Below are positions 27,835 through 41,900 of a DNA stretch of 64,000 bases, piece after piece (position 1 is the first letter of the stretch; each line of letters begins with the position of its first letter). Made by a program: the position numbers and the translations under genes. Origin of the DNA: Hypanus sabinus. Lineage: Eukaryota. Below the pieces are notes generated by a model, which did not search any database, was not told the origin of the DNA, and saw only the letters and a program-made list of their open reading frames with translations. Location of the stretch: NCBI RefSeq assembly GCF_030144855.1, contig NC_082706.1, positions 170,686,001-170,750,000 on the forward strand, read 5' to 3'.

Positions 27835-28345
27835 AATATCGAGAGGCTAGACAAGTCTGGGCTGTTTTCTCTGGAGCAGATGCCGCTGTGGGAGACTTAG
27901 TAGGGGTTTATGGGATTAAGAGAGGCATAGATAGAGTACACAGGCAGTATATTTTTCCCAGGGTTGAAATGCTTAGTACCAGAGGGCATGCATTTAAGGT
28001 GCGGGGGTCAAGTTCAAAGGAGATATGAGGGACCAGCATTTTACACAGAGAGTGGTGCGTGCCCGGAATACACTGCCCAGGGTGGTGGTAGAGGCAAATA
28101 CTTTACATTAGGAACTTTTAAGAGAGGTTTAGATAAACATATGGATTTGCAGAGCAGACTCGATGGGCCAAATAGCCGAATTCTTCAGTTATATCTTATG
28201 GTCTTATGGAAAGTGGAAGGATATGGAAATTATGTGGGGAGAGGGTGCTCATTTAGTTGGCCATTTGATTACTAATTTAATTGGTTTGGCACAAAATTGT
28301 ATGTCAAAGGGCTTTTTCCTGTGCTGTACTTTTCTAACTTTTGTG
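27835..28345 (+). mobile_element. CR1 3' fragment(s)
   Basis: GIDRV..FPRVE...TRGHAFKVRG; two different CR1-type tails. Confidence 0.75.
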
Positions 28346-30435
28346 TATTCCTGTGCTAGTGCTGAAGTATCTTATGGAGGCTGGGCTCACCATTGAATCC
28401 CATGGAGAATTTAACAAAGAGAGCTGCTGACCGATCCTTCTCCTGATCAGTCATTAAGTGCTTTACGTACTTTATTTGCACCAGTCTGAATAGTAGTTCT
28501 ATTCCGAAGCACAGACCTCAATGAACACAATTTGGCCGGGGAAAACTGTAATTCATATTATCGGCACTGAAGCGCACTTGTAGCACCATGATAACGTAGC
28601 AGGGCCCTCTGCTGCTCAATATGTGATATGACTATAAAGGCAAATTACTCAATTTGGTAACTAAACAAGGCAAGAATGTGACCTTGCTCAATATAAATGC
28701 AGAACTACTGTTTTGATACCAAAAATCAAAGGTATCTTTTCTCTTGTTATTCAAACATGGGAAATTTGAATCAGCGATTTCATATTAATGTGCGGCATAT
28801 GATTTTTAGAATTGTTATCAAATTAATTTTTTTAAAGAATGTCCATTTTTAAGAAGCTTGTAAGGTAGTTTTCCATCTGGGGTTCCACAACTTGGAGTCT
28901 TGTCTGCAGTGTTGAAAATCCGGTACACTGAATGATTGCTTTTTCAGATTGCTTAGGTTAAAGATCAGAAAATTGTGCGGATTATGCACCCTGAGTAGGG
29001 ACTGTGCTCTAACGTGAACACAGAGTCGAAAAGCAACCCTGTGAATATCGCCATGAATTACAGTTGAAATTGTATTGTCAGTAGAAAATGAACATTCGTA
29101 CTATATTGTTTAATCTGCTGGTAGCTTTGATAAACAGCTTATAATTCTAATTAGTTAAATACAACTCTGTGCTTCACAGATGAAATAAAATCTATGGTAC
29201 TGTTTGAAACTAGAGGGATGTGGATTCAATCCCTTTCCTCCACAGAACAAGTTGACTTCAAATGAGGCAGAAATAGGACTCCAATAGTCCCCTGCTAGAA
29301 AAGTATCCTTTGATTTCTGATGTCCGACAACAGCAGAATCAAGGAGAAAGCTGCAATAGAGCTTAGAATTAATCATCCCAGCAGTACACCCACAAGCCTC
29401 CATTAGGCGGAGTGGAAGAAAATTCATTTTGATTGGCGATTTCAGGATATACAGTAGATAGAGGCAGAGTATACACTATTAGTGTGTTGCTGAATTCGGG
29501 TATGTCTTTTATAGGGCATGAATACTGCAGAATTTAAAATTAGCCTTATTACACTTCCATCGTTCTCGTCATCATATATAAAAAATAATTTGATTAGGAT
29601 ATTATTAATGTCTAAAGAAACCAAATTAATATTTTCACACATGAGAGTTCCATAGCTTAGCAACACAAATAATATAAATGAATTAAGTATGATATGATTG
29701 CACTTTTTCCTGGATGAAGAGCTTGAATTACGTTCTCATCCTGCAATATTAGAAACAATATAAAAGTGCACATAAACCATTTTATGCTGACAGCATGGTC
29801 CCACTGGCTGTACAAATCCCTTCCTCGTTATTCTGTTCTGCTGCTCCTTCTGAGTGCAGAGTAGTTGGCTATTTTTTTTAAATTCCCAGAACAAAATTAT
29901 TCCTCCCCTCTGACAAGGAGCCATCAATGGCTGCATCTCCAGAGCCCATGTCCATCTCTTTACGATGATTTCACTACTGAAAGCATACACTACCTTGTAC
30001 TCTTATCTGAATTCATTAATGGGCAGAGTGGGGTTATTAGTGGGTGGGTGGATGCAAGGATTGAAATGAATTGGACTGGGTCTGATAGATCATAGTCACA
30101 GAGCAATACAGCATGGAAAGAGGCCCTTTAGCCCAACTTGTCCGTGCCAACCATGGTGCCCACCAAGCTTGACCACTTGCTCTAAACCCATCTTATCCAT
30201 GTACTCAAGAGAGCCATAGACTAATTTAATAGAATCATAAAGTTCTGATTTGGAGTCTTTGACCTGAAATATTAGTTGTTTTTACCTCCACACATAACAA
30301 CTAATTGACTGTGTAGTTCAACGTTTTCTATTTCTTTAACTTAAGTAAACATTTAGTTCTGGAGCAGAAGGCCCTACCTCTTCCCCCCCCCCCCCCCCAA
30401 CTAGTTCTGTGTTTGAAAGACTTAACATTTCTTCA

Positions 30436-30568
30436 CAAATAAGAGAAAATCTGCAGCTGCTGGAAATCCAGGAATCTAAGTGTTGCACACAAGGAACTCA
30501 GCAGGTCAGGCAGTATCTACGTAAAAGAATACAGTCGACGTTTCAGGCTGAGATCCTTCAGCAGAACA
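30436..30568 (-). mobile_element. Penelope-like terminus with hammerhead motif
   Basis: Minus strand GTT-CTGCTGA-AGG atctcag CCT-GAAA-CGTC-GACTG. Confidence 0.72.
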
Positions 30569-31488
30569 TTATTTGTTAGGAATTATAGATAGTATGGGTT
30601 CAGTACTTTTTTTTGAGGATTATATGGGTTGGCACAACATGGAGGGCTGATGGGCCTTTACTGTGCTGTAATGTTCAATGGTTCAATGTGATAACGGGGT
30701 AATGACCTTCTTGTTCCATATCACAAGGCAGAGTATCAGCTATTTCTATTTTATACTTCCTGAGAAGTCGTTGCATGATAAAATTTCTAATACCTTCTTA
30801 GAGAGAATCTTGATTTAGTTAACTACTGCTCAGCCTGCCAAATGCTCATCCAGATAATGTTTCATCTGATGTTTTAGGAAACAGAGAGCTTGATAAAGCT
30901 ATAGCACCGAAATTTTTGTTCTTTGTTCTCAGTCCAACCATCTACATCAGATGATCATTCCTACCTGACTGGTAGACCTGGCATGGTAGATTACTATTAT
31001 GATGACCAAATTGAAGTGTTTCCTTGCAACCCTGGGCAATCCCAAATAACCAGCTAAACCCAAGGTTTGTCCCAAAAGCATTTATAGTTTCTTGAGGTGC
31101 ATTGTCAGCACAAAATTCTATCATAAATTCCTTCAGATCTTTCATATTTCTCAAGGTCTTTACATATCATTTAACAGCTATTGCTGTAATACAAACTGTT
31201 CCAGCATAAACAATTTACAAAAAAAAAATCCACAGCTTCCCTATTGGCATACAACCATCAGAACAGATCAGTGGTAACACCTCCTCATTGACAAAGAACA
31301 CATGGACATTACAAAGGTGTATGCTTAGCCCACTGCATCACTTCTTCTACATTCATAACCACACCTCAAAAACCAACTCCAAATTTGCTGATGACACCAC
31401 TGTTGGAAGAATCTTTGATGGTGATGAGAAGACTTGCAGGAGTGAGATAGATAGGAGTGAGGTTGAGTGGTGTTATAAGACTCTCCGA

Positions 31489-31646
31489 TCATTGTCGGCA
31501 AGATCAGGAAATTGATTGTGGACTTCAGAAAGGGGAAGTTGGGGATGGATGATGAAAATCTGGTGTCATTGTCGGCAAGATCAGGAAATTGATTGTGGAC
31601 TTCAGAAAGGGGAAGTTGGGGATGGATGATGAAAATCTGGTGTCAT
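31489..31646. repeat. Perfect tandem duplication, 77-bp unit x2, at the end of a Rex1 fragment
   Basis: tcattgtcggcaagatcagg...aatctggtg occurs at 31489 and 31566. Confidence 0.95.
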
Positions 31647-31948
31647 CAGAATCAATAGAAGGCATCATGTTTTGATACCAGAAGGGAAAATGCATGGGGA
31701 CAGAGGACTATTTCAGCCTGTGGGGATGGGAGAGATGTAGAGTAATGTAGTAATGTAGCAGAAAAGCAGACCTTCAGCACAATAGGTTCCTACCAACCTC
31801 CTGCTAGTCCCAGTTGCCTATGTTTAGTCCATAACCGTCCAAGACCCTCCCTCCATGTACCTATCCAGGTGCCTCTTAAATGCTGGAAAATTATAGATTC
31901 TATATGTAAAGAGATTAGTAAATCCAGATGTATTGGGTTTGGTGGGAA

Positions 31949-32111
31949 TCAATATGACAGGGAGAGGATTAAGGACCATTAGAATGAATGGGTACAAAGA
32001 TGAGAGACTAGGAACTTCAATCTACAGTTCAATATGACAGGGAGAGGATTAAGGACCATTAGAATGAATGGGTACAAAGATGAGAGACTAGGAACTTCAA
32101 TCTACAGTTCA
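31949..32111. repeat. Perfect tandem duplication, 80-bp unit x2
   Basis: tcaatatgacagggagagg...aatctacagt occurs at 31949 and 32029. Confidence 0.95.
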
Positions 32112-33076
32112 GTGACATGTAGAGTCATTTGCGGAGAAATCAGTGACCCCTTAATCATTTGGTAAAAAATCAGGTGGCAAGGATTGTAAGAGGAACTGGG
32201 ATTTACTAGTTGGTGAGCATCATAAACTAATGGTTTCAACAGAATAAGGATTAGGGATAGAAACTCAACTGGGCCAGCAGTATCATTGGGAAGATGGTTC
32301 AGGAACAGGTAGAACAAAAGGCTAGAAGAATCTGGAGGCTTGTCAATCATTAGGTAGGTAGGGTAGGCTGTTTAGGACCCACCATAATCAATGAGTGAGG
32401 GGACTGGGAACAGCCAAAAAACAATGTAGAGAGAGAGAGCATGGACCACCAGAGTCATGGGGAGAGGCATCGGGGACCAGAAGAATGACTGGAATCAATG
32501 CAGGGGACGTTATGAGTGAGGGGTCAGTGAGGGGAAGATTGTGCACTAGCAAAATCAACACGTCAATGGATGAAGGACCACCAGAATCAAACATGGATTG
32601 CATAGAAACAGCAATCAGGAGCAAGAATATGCGATTCAACCGCTCATGCCTGCTCCATTTAGTAACATGGCTGAACGTTCTTTGATGTCAATATTCCCAC
32701 CTAACCCTAACAGTTTGTCAACCTCTTGTTTACAGTTGTCTAACTCTGCCTTAAAATATCCAAAGAATCTGCTTCAAACATCCTAAAAATTAAAAAAGTT
32801 CCAAGGCTGTTTAAAAATAGGCATTCATTTGAGACAATGCAGAGGTGAAATTTTGGTTCAGGATTCTCCCACATGCACTCCCTCGGGAATCTTCCAGACT
32901 CCATCAACTCCCTTCCCACCCTTTGAAATGCCAGCAGCACAAACCTAAATACACCAACTTTTCCTTATGGGAAAGATTACCTATTCCAGCCTAGAAAACC
33001 TTCCTATGCACTTCCATTCCTCCTCAAAAAGGAAAATCAATACTGCTGACGTTCACAATACCCTATATAGCTGAAT

Positions 33077-33605
33077 ATACTCCCAATAGCCACTTCCTTA
33101 GGTACCTCATGTACCTAATAAAGTGGCCACTGAGTGTATATTCATGGTCTTCTGCTGCTGTAGCCCATTCACTTCACAGTTTGATGTGCTGTCCGCTCAG
33201 AGATGCTGTTCTGCACACCACTATTATAATGAGTGGTTCTTTGAATTTCTGTCAACTTCCTGTCAGTCTGAACCAATATTTTTATTTTCCGCTGACCTCG
33301 CTCATTAACAAGACATTTTCATCCACCAAACTGCCACTCACCAGATGGTTTTTTTTTTCTTTTATTTTGCACCATTCTGTGTAAAATCTAGAGGCTGGTG
33401 TGCATGTAAATCCCAGGAAACCAACAGTTCCTGAGATACTCAAACCACCCCATCTGGCACAGACAATCATTCCATGGTCAAAGTCATTAGATCACATTTC
33501 TTCCCCCATTCTGATCATTGAGTTGCTGCCTCATGATTAGCTGATTAGATATTTACATTAACTAGTAGATATACAGATGGACCTCATAAAGTTGCCACTG
33601 AGTGC
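33077..33605 (-). mobile_element. Tc1-type non-autonomous DNA transposon
   Basis: TIR motif cctaataaagtggccactgagtg near 33114-33136 and a variant near 33582-33604. ORF 33282-33470 resembles a Tc1 HTH (MIVCARWGGLSISGTVGFLGF). Confidence 0.78.
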
Positions 33606-34994
33606 AAGCTCCACTCTTTTGCATTCAAATCCACTAGGGCCTAGCATTCTGTTTGATTTCCTATACCTACACCATGAGAAACATACACCAGATCACTGGG
33701 ATTTCTCTGCACCTCAAAGCTTCCCAATCTCTCACTGTTTTGATGTTGCCAGTTAAACTCCGATAACTTAGTATCTGATTATTAGAAATCCTGGCAATTC
33801 ATAATTAGTTCCTAATATGAGCCAGGCTCTAGAGTTCAAGTGTGGTATTTAATCAGAAATGGGGGTCCAGAAGGCAGTCAGGTCAAGGCCAAAATGAGTT
33901 ACTTTACTGGTATGTATGTAGTAAGTACCCAAAAAAATTGAAATGGTAAGTGTGTCCGTATATTAATATCCAATAGTCTAAAATATCTGTACATTTAGCA
34001 TTATCATAGTCCCAAGGGAGCTGGATTATCAGATATTACAGCACATTTATTCTTTTTTGTTCTGTCAAAAACAACCATTAGATATTTTCCATTCATTATT
34101 CATCCTTATGCCAAATTACTGCTCATTTCTGAGAACAGCAAAATCAATGGGAAGAACTTCAAACGTCTTGTGATATAAAATAGAATCCCATATGTAAGAA
34201 GCAGGGGTAGGCTCTGTGGCCCTGCAGAAACATTATTACTGGCCCTCGATTTCATGTCCACCTTCTGTGTTGCAAATACACTTGCTTTCGGTACATCAAC
34301 ATTTATTAGTTTCTCATTATTTTAAGAAGTTCAATCGAAAGTGAACAGATCTTATATTTCTCCACTTTGTTTCTTGTTTGTCACATTCATGCCCATTCAC
34401 TTCACCTTTCTTTATGGCTTCGTAGACTTTCTCCATCCTCCCCTCATTTTCTCATAAGGCTTTGTATCATCAGCACCTTACATCCTATTTCCTCAACTAA
34501 GTCATTGACATTACTTGAAGATAGTCTAGGCCAATGATCCTCATAGACCCACACAAGAAATGGCCCTGTAATGCAAAAATGAACGAATTATTCTAGCACT
34601 CAGATTTCTGTCTCTTAACTCATTGGAGCTTTTAATGTGCTGACACCAAATGTCTTGAAAATGCATCATCAATTGCTTAATTTTTCAATTAAAAATAATT
34701 TTTCAAGTGCAGTAAATTGAAATTCCTTTCCCTTAGAGTGAATTTCATTAGTCTTCTGAGAAAACAAAGGCACTGGTGTGCTTTCTTTACCCTGGCTTTA
34801 ATATTTGTTCCAATTTATTAAACTGTCTAGCAGTATCTGCTTTGGTAGATCATTAGGCGAATGGCTCACTTGAATTTTAAAAAGATATTTTTTTAGTCCA
34901 TTGCATTTGGTTTGCAATTTTCAGAGTGAAATTTTTTGGCAGGTGGTCCAGCAATTTTTTTTGCTATTTTTTATATATATTTCTGGTTAATTTA

Positions 34995-35251
34995 TTTTTT
35001 TATAGCGTGTCACACCAGACAGTCAGCCTTTCTTGTCTGGCACGTGGTGTCAGGATTGATCTCCTTTTGGATCAACCGGGTCACAATATGAACGTTCCTG
35101 ACTCAACCCTTGTTGTTTTCTTTACGAGGCCGAGTGGCTAGCTCGACGTTCAACCCAGCGTGGATGGAAAGTGTGCTTGAGGGTGGCCCGACTTGGATTC
35201 GAACTCGGGAGCCTTCGCTCCAGAGTCCGGCACTGATGCCATTGCATTGGT
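34995..35251 (-). mobile_element. tRNA-derived SINE
   Basis: Minus-strand B box GAGTTCGAATCC, CpG-rich body, A-rich tail. Confidence 0.7.
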
Positions 35252-35701
35252 TAATATGAACAACAAATAATTTAAGATTTGTTATCTCATGTATCAATTT
35301 GCTTTCATTGGCTAGTTGCATTTCCGGAAAATTGAATCCACTGCAATTTGTCTTTAAGGTTTCTCTGCTTTGAGCCTATTGCACAACGCCACATGCATTT
35401 GTACACTTAAAGGAAGTGTACAATTTAGTTGTTCACCAATAAGGTGGCAGGCACATAGTTTGCTTGTGAGAAAATCTGAAGATCTCCCATCTGTTGTTTA
35501 TTTTTTCTTCCTTACCTAAAAGGTGCTAAATTTGAATTTTTTTTTATGTACTGCCCATATTTCATGTTTGGAGAAATTTACAATGAATTCTTCAAAATTT
35601 CCTCTCTGCATAGAGTATATGTATTTATTCAAATGAATCCCAGAAGTGTCTCACTGGTTTGCAAAAATAATTGAAACTGGACTCAGAAAAATGCAGGTGT
35701 T

Positions 35702-36538
35702 CAAAAATCAAAATTAAAGTTATTTATTATCAAAGTATACATACAGAATACAACCCTGAGATTCATCGTCCTGCAGACAGTCATGAAACGAAGAAACATC
35801 GTGGAACCCATTCAAAGAAAACAAAACACCCAATGTGCAAAATCAGAACAAATCATGCAAACAGCAAAAAACAAATGAAGAACACACAGAATATTAAACG
35901 TCAAACCCTAGAGTCCCTGAAACAGTCCAGGTATTGTCCAGTACAGTTCAGTTTAGCATTGTGTCATTCATTGACTGCAGGCCGCTATCAGGCCAGTCCG
36001 CCCCGATCAAAATCACATAAAATGACTAAAGAATTAGTAACCAGAAACACACTTAATATGAACTGAAGAGTCCTCCAAAAATGATTCCAAGCCACGGACC
36101 ACGCTAATCAAACCTGGTCCAAGACCCAAGACTCGTCCACGTTCCCCAGCAAGCGAGAGGGGGAGGGAGCCCGGTCAAACGCAGGCAGGCAGTGCTGACC
36201 ACCTGCTTGACTCCTGTTCTCATTGATCTCAATCTTGCTTGATGCTTTAATTGCAACATCAACGAAAAATAGAGCTGATCATGGGTTCGTGCTCCGCTAT
36301 TAGGCCACACACTCCGTTCTCAGCCACGCCAAATTCCCTCAAAGACAGTAAAAATTACAGATCACTTGATTGATCCAAAAATACATTATCAACATGTAAA
36401 TTACTGGCTCCAATCACACACAGATTAGTAGTAGAAGTATATTTAAAAGAAAAAGGAGAAGCCGAAGTTGTTTCATGAACTGTCTGCAGGAAGTAGCCAT
36501 TAGTCGTATTGGTCGTTAGTGCCATCTTGCCGGAAATG
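35702..36538 (-). mobile_element. Non-coding non-autonomous LINE derivative (5'UTR-like head plus Rex1-type tail)
   Basis: 5' end CATTTCCGGCAAGATGGC (ETS-like and YY1-like motifs); 3' end gtatactttgataataaataactttaattttgatttttga; no RT. Confidence 0.55.
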
Positions 36539-37963
36539 TTTCACACACAGGTAGTACTGGACACGGTGATCTTCTCCAGTTAAGAATTTGTACAGAAAAT
36601 TTAAATATTAGCCTAAGTATTATGCAGCATTCTTAAAATAATAATTGCTTTTTTGTCAGGGCGTACCACTCTTTCTTTGTGTTTAACATGTACCAAAGGA
36701 ACAGGAATCCTCAGAAAGTAGAGTTAGATATTACCTTACACATCAGTCTCACTTGAACGGGCTCTGAGTAGACAAAAAGATCTGCAGGAAATCAAAGGCA
36801 TGTGCAGGTTCCTGCTTCAGAAGGAAATGTGGTATCGTTCCACCTCTTATTTCTGATGGGCACCTGCTGTTGTAAGTGCCAGGGATGGCCTCATTTGTTC
36901 GCTGCTGGATCAGCACGAGACACCACACAAAGATGTATAAGAAGCAGTCTGCTGAGGGATGATTCTTTTTTCTTGATTTTTCTTGTTTCTATGTGAGATG
37001 AAGAAATGAAGGCATTTTAATTGAATGAATACATTGTTAGAGTCAAGTCCTATTCATTCATGGATGAGTAGAATAAAGCACTTTAATTGTTGTTTTGTGA
37101 AGTACATTAATTATCAGCTGATAGTTCACTGTTGCAGGATGTTCAAAATGTTTGGGCTGCATTTGGACAATTTATCTTTGTCCTGCATATGAATTGTTTA
37201 CCAGCGGTCTGGAAAACAGAATGCAGATAAGTACGTCATACAGTCAGCTGTGAACTCAAGCGATGATGTAATGCTTTTTCCTGCCCTCCATGTCTGCATC
37301 TCATTGATTTAACCAGAAAACAGTATGTTTAACCACTCTCATACTGTATGGTGGTGACTCTCTTGATAGATCATTGCTGATCAAATTTGACTTCATTAAT
37401 AGATTAAAATGGGAATCTTAATCTATCAAAATGGGAACTGGGAATGCTCTCCAATAGGAAATATTATTCCAGTTTTGTTTCCTACTTTCAAAAGCCAGTG
37501 ATACATAAAGATTTTTTTTTGTGATCTTGAGGATTTTTTGTATGCCTCTTGCACTTTGCTCTTCTATATACGTATACAAACACTTTGGCGGCATGTTGAA
37601 CAATGACAGAGATCACAAGTGAGCCGTTGTTCACCCGCTTTCTGCATTTGATGCAGTTTCTTCAAAGGAGCAAACCAAGAAATGCTGAAAGTTTTCTGCT
37701 AAACAGGAAGAATATTGGGGCAGAAGGGAAAATGGCTAAGATGTAAATATACTGCAGTACAATTTAGTAATCTGCATTCTCATTCATGGGAATTGCCGTT
37801 AGTTTGGTACCTGGCTGCATGAGCACACTGGGTCCATCAGTGCACTGAGATCTCAGTTCTTAAACTCCCTCAAATTCAGCAGGATTCCAGTTCTGAAGCT
37901 CCCTTGCAACTGGCCTAGTTCACTGAGAAATTTATTATCTCATACTACTGTACTATGGAATAG

Positions 37964-38910
37964 ACATGAGAAAGTCTGCAGGTGCTGGAAATCCAAAGCA
38001 GCACCCACAAAATGCTGGAGGAACTCAACAGTTTAGGCAGCATCTATGGAAATGAACAGTCGATGTTTTGGCCGGACACTTTCCTTCAGGACTGCTGCCT
38101 GACCTGCTGAGTTCTTCTAGCATTTTGTGTGTTTTGCTTTGGATTCCCACTGCTAACTTCTCTATACATCTTCCCTGTAAAAATGCCATTCCCTCTTCTC
38201 TATTCCTTCATCTCCAATGCATCTGTTCCCCGGAAGAGGTTTCATTTTCAAGACGTCCATCTTCAAAGAATGGGGTTTCCCTTCCTCTACCATTGATGCT
38301 GCCCTCACCCGCGTCTCCTCCATTTCCCAGACATCCGTGCTCACCCCATCTTCCCGTTGCCTTAACAAGGATAGGGTTTTCGTGTCCTCACCTAACATCC
38401 TATGAGCATCCACATCCAACACATCATCCTCCACAATGTCCGCCATCTTTGGTGGGACCCCACCACTGTCTGCTTTCCAACTCCAACTCAGCAGTGAAAG
38501 AAGATAAAAATAGGTTTATCTTTACCCCCTTCCCCTCTCCAACTCTCTGCTTTCCACAGGGATTGCACCCTTTGTCATTCCCTTGTCCAATCATCCCTCC
38601 CCACTAATCTCCCTCCCAGCACTTATCCCTGCAAGCAGAAGAAGTGCTCCACCTACCCATTCACCTCCTCCCTCACCTCCATTCAGGGCCTGAAACAGTC
38701 CTTCCAGGTGAGGCAATACTTTACCTGCAAATCTGTTGGGGTATTCTCCTGTGTCCGATGCTCCCAGTATGGCTCCCTCTATATTAGTGAGACACATTGT
38801 AGATTGGGGGGCTGCTTTATAAAGCAGCTTCATTCCATATGCAAAAAGCAGGATTGCCCTGTGGCCCACCATCTTAATTCCAGACCCCATGCCCACTCTT
38901 CTCATCACCT
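37964..38910 (+). mobile_element. Penelope-like element: inverted terminal fold-back plus GIY-YIG region
   Basis: Inverted termini ~37986-38150; [19 protein letters not shown]...PVAHHLN (38708-38900). Confidence 0.82.
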
Positions 38911-38914
38911 CATC

Positions 38915-41900
38915 CTAGCACTCACATCTACAGTGATGAAATGCTTTGAGAAGTTGTTCATGGCTAGACTGAACTCCTGCCTCAGCAAGGACCTGGTCCC
39001 ACTGCAGTTTGGCTATCACCACAATAGGTCAACAGCAGATGCAATATCAATGTCTCTTCACACGGCCTTAGACCACCTGAACAATGTAAACACCTATGTC
39101 AGGATGCTGTTCATCGACTATAGCTCAGCATTTAATACCATAATTCCCACAATCCTGATTGATAAGTTACAGAACATGGGCCTCTGTGCCTCCCTCTGCA
39201 ATTGGATCCTCAACTTCCTAATTGGAAGACCAGTCTGTGCGGATTGGTGGTAACACCTCCTCTTTGCTGACGATCAACATTGGTGCACTTCAGGGGTGTG
39301 TGCTTAGCCCACTGCTCTATTCTCTCTATACCCATGACTGTGTGGCAAGACAGAGCTCAAATATTATCTACAAATTTGTTGATGATATAATCATTGTTGG
39401 TAGAATCTCAGATGGAGACGAGAGGGTGTTCAGGATCAAGATATACCAACTAGTGAGTGGTGTCACAGTAAAAACCTTGCACTAAACGTCAGTAAGATGA
39501 AAGTGCTGATTGTAGACTTCAGGAAGGGTAAGACGAAGGAACACATACCAATTCTCATACAGGGATCAGAAATGGAGAGAGTGAGCAATTTCCTGGGTGT
39601 CAAGATCTCTGAGGACCTAACCTGGTTCCAACATATCAATGCAGCTATAAAGAGGGCAAGACAGCGACTATACTTCATTAGGAGTTTGAAGAGATTTTGT
39701 ATATCAACAAAAACACTCAAAAACTTTTATAGATGTACCATGGAGAGCATTATGACAGGCTGCATCACTGTCTGGTATGGGGATGGGAGGGGGAGGAGGT
39801 TACTGCACATGACCGAAAGAAGCTACAGAGAGTTGTGAACACTACCTCACTTTTCAATATACATTATTGAATGGTCATTCTAGATTGGGTTTTGAGCAAT
39901 GAGGAAGGGTTAGTTAGCAATCTTGTCATGCGAGGCCCCTTGGGTAAGAGTGACCATAATATGGTGGAATTCTTTATTAAGATGGAGAGTGACATAGTCA
40001 ATTTAGAAACAAAGGTTCTGAACTTAAAGAAGGGTAACTTTGAAGGTATGAGACGTGAATTGCCAAGATAGAATAGCAAATGATACTTAAGGGGTTGATG
40101 GTGGATATGCAATGGCAAGCATTTAAAGATCACATGGATGAACTACAACAATTGTTCATCCCAGTTTGGCAAAAGAATAAACCAGGGAAGGTAGTGCACC
40201 CGTGGCTGACAAGGGAAATTAGGGATAGTATCAAGTTCAAAGAAGAAACATAAATTAGCAAAAAAAAGCAGCACACCTGAGGACTGGGAGAAATTCAGAG
40301 ACCAGCAGAGGAGGACAATGGGCTTAATAAGGAAAGGGAAAAAAGATTGAGAGAAAGCTGGCAGGGAACATAAAAACTGACTGTAAAAGCTTTTATAGAT
40401 ATGTGAAAAGAAAAAGATTGGTCAAGACAAATGTAGGTCCCTCACAGTCAGAAACAGATGAATTGATCATAGAGAACAAAGACATGGCAGACCAATTGAA
40501 TAACTACTTTGGTTCTGTCTTCACTAAGGAGGACATAAATAATCTTCCGGAAATAGTAAGGGACCAAGGGTCTAGTGAGATGGAGGAACTGAAGGAAATA
40601 CATGTTAGTAGGGAAGTGGTGTTAGGTGTTAGATTAAGGGCAGATAAATCCCCAGGGCCAGATGTTCTGCATCCCAGAGTGCTTAAGGAAGTAGCCCAAG
40701 AAATAGTGGATGCATTAGTGATAATTTTTCAAAACTCCTTAGATTCTGGATTCGTTCCTGAGGATTGGGGGGTGGCTAATGTAACCCCACTTTTTAAAAA
40801 AGGAGGGAGAGAAAAACTGGGGAATTATAGACTGGTGAGTCTGAATCGGTGGTGGGGAAAATGCTAGAGTCGGTTATCAAAGATGTGATAACAGCACATT
40901 TGGAAAGAGGTGAAATCATCGGACAAAGTCAGCATGGATTTGTGAAAGGAAAATCATGTCTGACAATTCTTATAGAATTTTTTGAAGCTGTAACTAGTAG
41001 AGTGGATAGGGGAGAGCCAGTGGATGTGGTATATTTAGATTTTCAAAAGGCCTTTGACAAGGTCCCACACAGGAGATTAATGTGCAAACTTAAAGCACAT
41101 GGTATTGGGGGTATAGTATTAATGTGGATAGAGAATTGGTTGGCAGACAGGAAGCAAAGAGTGGGAGTAAATGGGACCTTTTCAGAATGGCAGGCAGTGA
41201 CTAGTGGGGTACCACAAGGCTCACTGCTGGGACCCCAGTTGTTTACAATATATATTAATGATCTAGACAAGGGAATTAAATGCACCATCTCCAAGTTTGC
41301 GGATGACACGAAGCTGGGCGGCGGTGTTAGCTGTGAGGAGGATGCTAAGAGGATGCAGGGTGACTTGGATAGGTTAGGTGAGTGGGCAAATTCACGGCAG
41401 ATGCAATTTAATGTGGATAAATGTGAGGTTATCCACTTTGGTTGCAAGAACAGGAAAACAGATTATTATCTGAACGGTGGCTGATTAGGAAAAGGGGAGA
41501 TGCAACGAGACCTGGGTGTCATTGTACACCAGTCATTGAAGGTGGACATGCAGGTACAGCAGGTGGTGAAAAAGGCAAATGGTATGTTGGCATTCATAGC
41601 AAAAGGATTTGAGTACAGGAGCAGGGAGGTTCTACTGCAGTTGTACAAGGCCTTGGTGTGACCGCACCTAGAGTATTGTGTGCAGTTTTGGTCCCCTAAT
41701 CTGAGGAAAGACATTCTTGCCATAGAGGGAGTACAAAGAAGGTTCACCAGATTGATTCCTGGGATGGCAGGACTTTCATGTGAAGAAAGACTGGATCGAC
41801 TAGGATTATAATCACTAGAATTTAGAAGTTTGAGGGGGGATCTTATTGAAACGTATAAAATTCTAAAGGGATTGGACAGGCTAGATGCAGGAAGATTGTT

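Noticed and set aside
38708-39253. Apparent GIY-YIG plus Rex1 RT fusion ORF
   Set aside because: Chance in-frame junction where a truncated Rex1 abuts a decayed PLE; motifs are degraded and the frame breaks shortly after.
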